DNA from: a virus
Reading direction: 5' to 3' (one strand)
Virus record (IMG/VR): IMGVR_UViG_3300045988_137040
Length of the DNA stretch: 64,000 bases
Part shown: piece by piece, positions 26,489-34,400 of the stretch
Layout of the letters: each line of letters starts with the position of its first letter
How positions within the stretch are numbered: the first letter of the stretch is position 1
Notes under the pieces: model-generated
The model's input: the letters and a program-made list of their open reading frames with translations, nothing else
Databases searched by the model: none
What the model was told of the DNA's origin: nothing
Made by a program: the position numbers and the translations under genes

Positions 26489-26643
26489 CACAACCGCACG
26501 ACCATGCAACTGCATAACTGCAATAATATGCAACCACTTAACTACATAACCGCATAGTTGAGCAGTTGGGCAGTTACTAAAACACACGTATGTGCAACTA
26601 TGTGGTTGCATAGTTGTGTGGTCGCACAGATAAGCAACCGCAA
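26489..26643. promoter_or_regulatory. repeat cluster between parA and its partner gene
   Basis: CACAACCGCACGACCATGCAACTGCATAACTGCA...TGTGCAACTATGTGGTTGCATAGTTGTGTGGTCGCACAGATAAGCAACCGCA. Confidence 0.7.
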
Positions 26644-26655
26644 AAAACATAAGAT

Positions 26656-27030
26656 ATGAACAAGAAAGAAAAACCGCAGCGCAGATCGCTAAACGCAAGA
26701 ATAGACGCAGAGTTGGCAAGCGCAGAAAACATACCGTTGGCAGGAATGACCAGAGAGCCAGCAAAACCAGTGAAAACTCCATCGCAGAGCTCAACTTTGG
26801 GGCGGGGTGGGGGAGAGCCTATAGCAACCAAGAAGGCAACGACCATCATGCCCAAGGATGTGTTCGTGGCCCTGCAACGCTATTGCATCAACAAGGACAC
26901 GCCCAAGCACCGTGCGCTCTATTTCTTCATCCTTGACGGACTGCATGCCGCTGGGGAAATCAATGATGCCGACTATCAACGCTTCCGCGATATGGCCGAG
27001 CAGATAACTACGACATACGAAAAGAAGTAA
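26656..27030 (+). CDS. small putative centromere-binding partner (ParG/ParB-like)
   Basis: 124 aa, immediately downstream of parA and flanked by repeat clusters. Basic disordered N-terminus, and a C-terminal segment compatible with an RHH-type fold. Positional inference. Confidence 0.45.
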   Translation: MNKKEKPQRRSLNARIDAELASAENIPLAGMTREPAKPVKTPSQSSTLGRGGGEPIATKKATTIMPKDVFVALQRYCINKDTPKHRALYFFILDGLHAAGEINDADYQRFRDMAEQITTTYEKK

Positions 27031-27043
27031 ACAATCAAGACAA

Positions 27044-27478
27044 ATGAAACAAGAAAAATTATTTACTATTCTCATGCTCCTCTTCCTGAGCATGATGGCC
27101 ATCAGCTTCGCCGCGTGCAGCAGCAGCGACGACGAAGAGGACGACGGATCGCAACGTTACAAGAATCAAATCATCGGAACATGGTATTGCGACCGCGTTT
27201 CGTATGTGTTCGAGTCGGACGGCACCGGATGGTCTAACAGCGACAGCTGGGACGTTATTGCCCACTTCAAGTACACCATCGAGGGGCAAGGCGTGCAGAT
27301 GCATCAGTTCACCTACGTTAACACCACCACTGGCAGTCTTTGGTACGGCGAGGACCAATCCGCTTCCTACAATCCTGAGCAGAACACCATGCGCATCGAA
27401 GGACGTGTCTTCACGCGTCAGAAGCCGACACACAAACCGCCCACAGAGGAGCCGGTGGACACCGTGGTGACGGAGTAG
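27044..27478 (+). CDS. lipoprotein (144 aa)
   Basis: Signal peptide with lipobox MLLFLSMMAISFAAC followed by an SSSDDEEDD linker. A terminator lies downstream. Confidence 0.7.
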   Translation: MKQEKLFTILMLLFLSMMAISFAACSSSDDEEDDGSQRYKNQIIGTWYCDRVSYVFESDGTGWSNSDSWDVIAHFKYTIEGQGVQMHQFTYVNTTTGSLWYGEDQSASYNPEQNTMRIEGRVFTRQKPTHKPPTEEPVDTVVTE

Positions 27479-27513
27479 GGTAGGGCGTCCATCATCACAC
27501 CCGACACTTCAAC

Positions 27514-27543
27514 GGCAAGGAGCGTGGCTCCTTGCCTTTTTTT
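27514..27543 (+). terminator. rho-independent terminator after the lipoprotein gene
   Basis: Stem GGCAAGGAGC-gtg-GCTCCTTGCC followed by T7. Confidence 0.8.
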
Positions 27544-27799
27544 GTTTGGCACTCACATCTATAGCCGACACTTCCGTTTTTGTCGGGATTTTCAACTTGC
27601 TAAATACTTCTAACTCAAAGGTTTACAAATTTAGCTATTTCTAATTATTCTTTGAAGTTACTAATTTGTCGGTAAAGCTATAAATCTGTCATCAAAGTTG
27701 TGTTTTTCCGACCGACCTAATTATTAGGCAGTTACGGCTATATATTTGGATTATACTATATCGACCACTCTATATATCAACAACTTATGGACTTTGCCA

Positions 27800-28191
27800 A
27801 ATTGAGGACAGATTAACAGCTAAAAGAAAAAATCAAAAATACTCGATTCTTATTATATAATTATTGGTATAGATAGTATATAGTATATAAGGCTTTGTAA
27901 CTTATTGATAATCAAATAATAGCAAGGTGAATTGAGGACAGATTAATAGCTTTTTGAGGACAGATTAATAGGTTTCGGGGGACAGATTAATAGCTTTTTG
28001 AGGACGGATTAATAGGTATTATCTATGAATTGAGGACAAATTAATAGCTTTGGAAACTCCGACAAATAGGTAACTCCATATTATTGAGGACAATTTTATA
28101 GCTTTATCAATTATTTAAGGAGTGCTAAAATTCAAAACTATCTGAAAATAAACACGTAAAGCCTTGTGTAATTGAGGACAAATTTATAACT
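27800..28191 (+). promoter_or_regulatory. iteron array / putative oriV upstream of rep
   Basis: About 8 direct copies of (A)ATTGAGGACA(G/A)ATTAAT/CAGCT-like 20-22-mers at about 27800, 27930, 27954, 27977, 27998, 28028, 28083 and 28170. AT-rich DNA lies to the left. Confidence 0.8.
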
Positions 28192-28194
28192 TTG
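28187..28194 (+). promoter_or_regulatory. candidate -7 box TAacTTTG overlapping the last iteron
   Basis: About 64 nt upstream of the rep ATG at 28258. Confidence 0.4.
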
Positions 28195-28257
28195 CCAACA
28201 AATGGTAAAAGACATGGCTACAACTGTCCGAGCTACCACACATTAAAAGCTACAAAC

Positions 28258-29469
28258 ATGGCAAGAAAATCACGAAAGGCTGAGCAGCTCAAGCAAGAGT
28301 TGTTGAGCACAGTGCAGCAGCAGGAGCTGATTACTCAGCCTGTTACCTTCGCTTACATCAAAGGTGAGATGTCAGTGATGCAGGCACGTATTCAGACAAT
28401 CATCATGGAGAAGCTGCAACTGCGCATCGCAAAGTTCTTAAAGGAGAGGGCGCATGATGGCTTTGCTGGATGCTTATTCTCCGATGAAGATTTCGCCCCG
28501 CTCAAGGGGGAAAATGACAAGAGCAGGTATCTCACGTTCAGTGTGAAATACTCAGAGCTCGGCATACCGTCGGCAAATTACCGCTACGTCTCGGACGCTG
28601 CGAGAGCCATGCAGGGCTCTTTGGTATATGAAAAAAGCATTGTTGACGACGGAAAGACTTATAAGCGATATATCGTTGCTTTTCCCGTAGTCGATGTCCC
28701 GGACGAGAGCCTTGGAGAGCGACGCACTGACATCAAGCTCCACATGACAGAGAGCACTGCAAAATATCTCTTCCGTATTACGCCCTATCACCGATACCTT
28801 AAAGACGCGGTGTTTCTATTCAACAGCGGATATACGGGCAGGATATATCTGCTTATCAATGCCAATAAGCAGTTGGGTACATGGAATATTGACTACGACG
28901 AGCTGCGCAAGATACTCCTTACCACCTATGACAAAGAAAATGATAAATATGTCTGTGACAAATACCCTGATATTAGGGATTTCAAGCGCCGTGTCCTCGA
29001 ACCGGCCCGCAAGGAAATCATGGAGGTCGCAAAACGTATTGACTGCACTTTCGACTACGAAATAAAAAAGAAGCGTGGCTCGAATGAGAACATCAAGATA
29101 GTTTTCCATATCCACCTCACAGACCTCGGAAAGAACATCAAGCAGGGGCAGCTGGAAAGCCAGGAGGCCGTGACGCTGCGCAATGCGCTGATGAACCTGC
29201 ATATCACCATCACCGACGCAAACAGGTTGATGAAGCAAGTCTCCGCCGAGCAATATCCAGCTCTAACCAACAAGGCAAGAGAACTGATGAAATACTACCA
29301 AGACGTCAGAGAGGGGAGGGCAAAGGGAGTCTCAATCAAGGACTACCGAGCCCATGCCGTTAAGTCCCTTCAAAACATTATCTTAGGAAAAGGCAACTTC
29401 TTCAGCGAAGCCGTCGAGATAAATGACAAGCCTATTTCAGAACCCCAAAAATCATTAAACGAATGGTAA
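28258..29469 (+). CDS. plasmid-type replication initiator (Rep_3/RepB-like)
   Basis: The track ORF starts at a TTG. I trimmed it to the ATG at 28258 (MARKSRK...). It lies directly downstream of about 8 iterons. The N-terminal ITQPVTFAYIKGEMSVMQARIQTII is typical of iteron-binding initiators. Confidence 0.65.
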   Translation: MARKSRKAEQLKQELLSTVQQQELITQPVTFAYIKGEMSVMQARIQTIIMEKLQLRIAKFLKERAHDGFAGCLFSDEDFAPLKGENDKSRYLTFSVKYSELGIPSANYRYVSDAARAMQGSLVYEKSIVDDGKTYKRYIVAFPVVDVPDESLGERRTDIKLHMTESTAKYLFRITPYHRYLKDAVFLFNSGYTGRIYLLINANKQLGTWNIDYDELRKILLTTYDKENDKYVCDKYPDIRDFKRRVLEPARKEIMEVAKRIDCTFDYEIKKKRGSNENIKIVFHIHLTDLGKNIKQGQLESQEAVTLRNALMNLHITITDANRLMKQVSAEQYPALTNKARELMKYYQDVREGRAKGVSIKDYRAHAVKSLQNIILGKGNFFSEAVEINDKPISEPQKSLNEW

Positions 29470-30341
29470 GAACAACGAAACCCAATTATACCGCCCTCTG
29501 GCAGCAGTGCCTTAACTATATCCGTGACCGTTACCCTAAGGGCGAGAAGTACGACCACTGGTTCAACGTCTGGTACGGCGACGTGAAGTTTGAGAGCTAT
29601 GATGCCGACAAACGTCAGTTGCGTATCAACGTGCCGTCGAAGTATGTGTACGAGTACCTCGAGACGCACCAACTGGAAACGCTCAATGAGGCTCTGCGGG
29701 CCACTTTTAAGGAACAGGTGGTGCTGTCCTACCATATAGCTCCGCAAGAGCCGTCATTCGCTGATATGGCTGCTTACCTGCAACGGCAGTCGGGTGGGGT
29801 AGGACAGGGTAAAATCCATATCCATATCGACAACGCAAGAGAACGGTTGGAAGATGGTTTGAAATACTATCTGAAGGATAAACCTGTCACATGGCTACCG
29901 GGTTATGAGCATATCGTCCGATGGTTGACCGACAACGACAACCGGGGACTGTTGTGTTTCGGCTATTCGGGGGTGGGAAAAACATTGATATGTCAAAAGA
30001 TTCTTCCGATACTGATAGGCCGGCCCGTTGTCAGTGTCAGGGCAACAGACCTGCACGACCGTCTCGAAGAGCTGAAGCGTGAGCGCATCGTCGTCATCGA
30101 CGACCTCGGCAAGGAGCCACGCAAACACTATGGCGACACCGACCAGAGTTTCTACGAGTTGTGCGACAATGCCGAGCATACTGGCAACATCCTTATCATC
30201 ACCACGAACCTCTCCACCAATACCGTTGACGACCCACACTATCCCGACAGCATAAAGAACCGCTATGGTGAAGAAGTTTTTACCCGGCTGAAGGCCATCA
30301 CTCACACCGCACGTATTGAAGCCGAGAGCCTGCGCGAGTGA
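29463..30341 (+). CDS. DnaA-N-like domain plus AAA+ ATPase (DnaC/IstB-like helicase-loader candidate)
   Basis: The N-terminus ALWQQCLNYIRDRYP...WFNVWYGDVKF...LRINVPSKYVYEYL mirrors DnaA domain I. Walker A is GYSGVGKT and Walker B is IVVIDDLG. There is no DnaA domain IV. It overlaps the rep stop by 7 nt. Confidence 0.6.
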   Translation: MVRTTKPNYTALWQQCLNYIRDRYPKGEKYDHWFNVWYGDVKFESYDADKRQLRINVPSKYVYEYLETHQLETLNEALRATFKEQVVLSYHIAPQEPSFADMAAYLQRQSGGVGQGKIHIHIDNARERLEDGLKYYLKDKPVTWLPGYEHIVRWLTDNDNRGLLCFGYSGVGKTLICQKILPILIGRPVVSVRATDLHDRLEELKRERIVVIDDLGKEPRKHYGDTDQSFYELCDNAEHTGNILIITTNLSTNTVDDPHYPDSIKNRYGEEVFTRLKAITHTARIEAESLRE

Positions 30342-30344
30342 TAT

Positions 30345-30409
30345 GGGCGCCGCTTCGCAGCTTGAAATTAAACGTAAAATTATCCGTAAAATTAAACTTA
30401 AAATTATTC
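30345..30409. repeat. half copy (single arm) of the palindromic repeat, copy D
   Basis: GGGCGCCGCTTCGCAGCTTGAAATTAAACGTAAAATTATCCGTAAAATTAAACTTAAAATTAT, just after the stop of 29463..30341. Confidence 0.8.
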
Positions 30410-30493
30410 AACCAACCAAGGCTTGCTGAGAGATAGGGTAGTGGGCGCCCAAAGGAAAGGAATTGATGCGACCAGTATCAATTCCACGTCTCT

Positions 30494-31411
30494 CTATGTT
30501 CCCATGCACACCGTGCGTTTTGCGGTTGTGCGACCGCATAGCTTTGCGGTTATCGTCTCACGCACGAGTTTAGCGCGTGATTCCCAATCCGCGATATTCT
30601 CGTTGTCATTGAGACAGACGACGCCAGCCATCGGGTCGTTGATGAGCGCAGGGAGGTCGGCGGTGGGCGTGTCCTCGTCGGCGTACTGCATACGCGGGGA
30701 ATGGTCGATGTCAAGACCCGCGAAGTGCTGATAGAGCAAGTAGATGTACTGGTTGAACGAATGCTCGGTGCGAACGAGAGGACTCATCCACCGCTCTATC
30801 TCCTCGCCATGCCGTTGCCAAACCGCCTCGCAAGCAGAGCGGAGGATGGGCGCATAGGAATGGCCCGTCGTCAGCCAGGTGCGCACATAGTGTCTACCAA
30901 AAGGTCTGCCAATCATGTTCTGCTGATTCAGACATTTTCGATGAAAGATATTCGGCACATCGGGAAAGAGTTTTTCTTTGAAGTGGACACACGGACGACC
31001 GTCAAGAAAGAAGTCGGACGGCTGTAAAGGTGAGAGCGGGAACATATCGTCGTTGGCATAGACAAACCTTTCCGACAGCCCCGGTATGCGGCCTAAGAAC
31101 ATCTCAATGCAGGGCGAGGAAAAGCAAGGAAGATACTTCTCCGGAATGAAGTCACGATGAAAGACGATATGCACCTTATCGTAGCGTGACATCCACGGCT
31201 GCACCTGACTCTCACGGGCGAGAAGGATATGGATGGTACGGAGCCATGGCATATACTTCATGCAACAACGAACCAACAACTCTTCCGTCCCCCATGAACG
31301 GAAGCGGACGTTGGCACAAGCGTCATCGCCGTGGTAACGGCGATAATCGCTGAGCCAGTCCGCATCCTGGGGAAACACCATCGGAACTACTAAATCAATA
31401 TTTTTCTCCAT
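30494..31411 (-). CDS. Stealth-family (CR1/CR2) sugar-1-phosphate transferase-like protein
   Basis: CR1-like DLVVPMVFPQDADW. CR2-like RFRSWGTEELLVRCCMKYMPWLRTIHILL...PWM...IVFHRDFIPEKYLPCFSSPCIEMFLGRIPGLSERFVYANDDMFPLSPLQPSDFF. It overlaps the TMP stop by 17 nt. Confidence 0.75.
   Translation of the reverse strand: MEKNIDLVVPMVFPQDADWLSDYRRYHGDDACANVRFRSWGTEELLVRCCMKYMPWLRTIHILLARESQVQPWMSRYDKVHIVFHRDFIPEKYLPCFSSPCIEMFLGRIPGLSERFVYANDDMFPLSPLQPSDFFLDGRPCVHFKEKLFPDVPNIFHRKCLNQQNMIGRPFGRHYVRTWLTTGHSYAPILRSACEAVWQRHGEEIERWMSPLVRTEHSFNQYIYLLYQHFAGLDIDHSPRMQYADEDTPTADLPALINDPMAGVVCLNDNENIADWESRAKLVRETITAKLCGRTTAKRTVCMGT
30513..30553. promoter_or_regulatory. outlying TGCGGTTGTGC cluster
   Basis: GTGCGTTTTGCGGTTGTGCGACCGCATAGCTTTGCGGTTATCG, overlapping the last codons of the Stealth ORF. 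Confidence 0.6.
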
Positions 31412-34400
31412 ATCTTCCTACATTTTTCTTGCCCGTGTCATAACTATCTATTATTCCACCTTTGCCATAGACATTAAAGACACCCTTGATACCATTGCTG
31501 ACAGCTTTCTCCATAACCTCGCTGTTACGGTCAAGACTTGCTTGAATGGCCGCAAGCATATCGGTGAATGCAGGTTGTGCTGAGCCAGCAGAGCCTTGTG
31601 CGCTCGCGCCATCGGCAAATTCATCGAGGTTACCGTCGGCAAAGTTGCTCATGCCACCGCCACGCTGACGGGTAGCACGCACACGGCCTCCATTGTAAAG
31701 CGTTTGGATTGCCTGCCAAATGCCCGTATCGTTCATCTGCAACTTGCGGGTGGTATTGGCGTCGATAATCGCCTCACGGCCACGCTCACCGACAAGGTGG
31801 AACTCTGGGCCGTTGGTGAGGTGAGTAGTTGGGTTCGCACCCATATATCGCGCGCGATACGTTTTACCATCAGCGGCATCCACGTTGTATCGCTGCCCAG
31901 GGGTAAGCGACGACGGGTTCGTGAACTCATTGACGTTACCCTCGGCATAGGTCAGCATACCCGTGGAGAGACGACCGGCGGAAACGTTAGCACCAGTTGC
32001 TTGAGCGATTTGCGATTTACTCTTTGACGCTTGACTTACGGCCAAGGCCATCAAACCGCCCATTAGAGCAGTCACGGCGGCATAAGTTGCTATTGCAGCC
32101 GGATATGGCATCTCACCCAACAACTTGCCGAGGATTCCAGGCATCTGCACCGTTTGCTTAGCTTGTTGCTGGAACAAGTCGGTTGTCAGCATTGTTATGG
32201 CTGCTTGGCCAGCGGCTTGCACAGCGAACATCTGAAATTTCTGCGAGGTGCTCAAGTTGTTATTACTCATTGCTTGGTAGGCGGTGCCGTAAAGATTGGC
32301 GGCTTGTGTCATCTTGGCGAAAGCACTGCGGGTGCCTTCTTCGTTTGCCTTGTTAACGCTTTTAGTGGAAGCAATGATTTTATTGTTATTGGCGATTTGT
32401 ACCTTGGCAGACCCGTTGGAAGCGGCTATCTGCGCGTCGGCAATTTGTTGGCTCTGTTCGGTGATGTTCTGCACTTGCTCATCTGAGGTGCCCGTCGACC
32501 ACGACTTGCCGTTCCAGCCATCTTGCGTTTCGTCAGGCCATGGAGACTGCCACTGGTCGGCCGGCTCTTTTGCGCTGTTTGCTTGTGTGTTGTCAAAAGG
32601 ATTCTCATTCACCGGTAACCCCGCACGTTTACGACGGGCGCGTAGCCATGTGGATGGATTATTCTCATCTTGATAAGGGGTTTCCACGTCGTCAGGAGAA
32701 ACAGGGTTGATAGGGTAGACTATGTTACCCAACGCGTCCACAGCCATGCCCTCAAGATTTCGTTCAAGGTTCGTGAAATCGTTACTCTCCACGGGGCGCG
32801 TAGCATACAGGGCTTCGGTGTTGGCAATCAACGCCGAGGTGTTGTTGTCCACGGCTTGGTTTTGCATGGCCGCGTTCATCCAGTCGGTGATTTGTTCGTT
32901 TATCTTACTGTTGACGTCGTCCATCACCTTCTTCCACGCGTCAGCCGTGGCGTTCTTCTGTTCAATCTCAAGCTGTCGCTTTAAGGCGTCCTCGCCATCG
33001 AGACTCTCATAATGAGACACGGCTTCTTTCGTGCCCGCATGCTCGGTTATTATATAAGTGCCCCCGGCACTGCCCTCACCCGTTAGGCGCATCTTGGCGA
33101 GGCTGTTGTAATAGTCGGCCTCGCCCGTCACACTCGCTTCAAACACACTCTTAGCGGAACTGGACAGCAGCGAGCCCCATTCCCTCAAAGACGTATAAAG
33201 GCGGTTCTCGCTTTCCTCCGCCTTTGCAGCGAGGTCGGCGCGCTGCTTGGCGAGGTCGGCTTCCTCTTCAGAGAGAGTGAGGTTCAGGCTCATCTTGGCG
33301 TGCTTGGCATCAAGACGGAGCTGTTCGGCTTTATCCATTTCACCCTGTTCCTCTTTCAGTTTAGCTTGCCTTTCAAGGTCGTCTATGCGCTGTTGTCCTG
33401 TCTTACGCACGAGGGCGTAATAATGATCTTGCATATTCAGCTGAATCTGCATCTGCTTGATGGCGAGACGGTCAGCGACTCGCCCGGAGGCTGGCCCTGC
33501 ATTGATAAGCGAGTTGGCACGCGAGACGCTGCTTTGCTCCATGCCCAACGCCGAGGACGCTTTCTCATACAGTTGCTTCATGCTTATGTCACCGACGACA
33601 GTAGTGTCGTTCCAAGTAATCTCCACCTGTTTTTTTACCTCCGACGCCTCTCTCTTGATAGCGTCTTGAACAGTATCATAAACCGTGCGAAGCTGGGCGA
33701 GCAACGCCTCCTTCATGTCCTCGGCATGTTCGTTGTTAAGGATGGCGTCGGCCCAATCGCCAAAGCCACTCACCCGCATGTTGTTGACAAGCCGCTCCCA
33801 TGTCATGTTGTAAGCATCCTCACTCTGTTGGAGGAGGAACGTGAGTCGAGGGTTGCGCTGTGTGCCATATTCGGCATTAAGGTTCTGCATCTCGTCACTG
33901 CCATAACCCTTGCCGGAGAGCAGAATCTTTTCCTTGCGCTTGTCAAGGTCGGTATAGAGCAATCCCATCTTTTCCACGTTTTGACGCAGATTCTTGACAA
34001 TGCCGTCAAAAGGCCGTTCCTTGCTGACGATTTCCTCAATGGCGTCGAGCTGCTTTTTCACGGCGGCACGCATCTTCAAGAAATCCTGTTCAACACCCTT
34101 GTCGAGGTCGCCATAAATCTTGCGCATAGCAGGAGCACTCTTGTCGCCTACCTGCTTAATCAAGTTCACCGTGGTACCGATATTCGACTTGATGAACGCC
34201 ACGCTGTCACCTGTGCGGTCGGCAAGAATCTCATAGATGGTGTCGGCTTCCTGCTGCGTCACCTCCTTGCTGTTCTTAGAGTAGAGCTGTTGCAGTTCAG
34301 CGCGCTTCTGACGATACACCTGTTCGTTCTGCAACATCCGCCGCCAACCCTCTTCCTCGGTAATCTCGCCACTGTTCTGCGCATCCTCAATCTGCGACTT

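Noticed and set aside
25916-26794. 292-aa minus-strand ORF
   Set aside because: It is antisense to parA and its partner gene. The plus frame has the deviant Walker A and other ParA motifs.
27800-28191. Possibility that the direct-repeat arrays (the iterons, or the TGCGGTTGC clusters) are CRISPR arrays
   Set aside because: The units are only 9-22 bp. Spacing is irregular or head-to-tail without unique spacers of constant length. No cas genes are present. The position next to rep and parA fits iterons and centromere sites.
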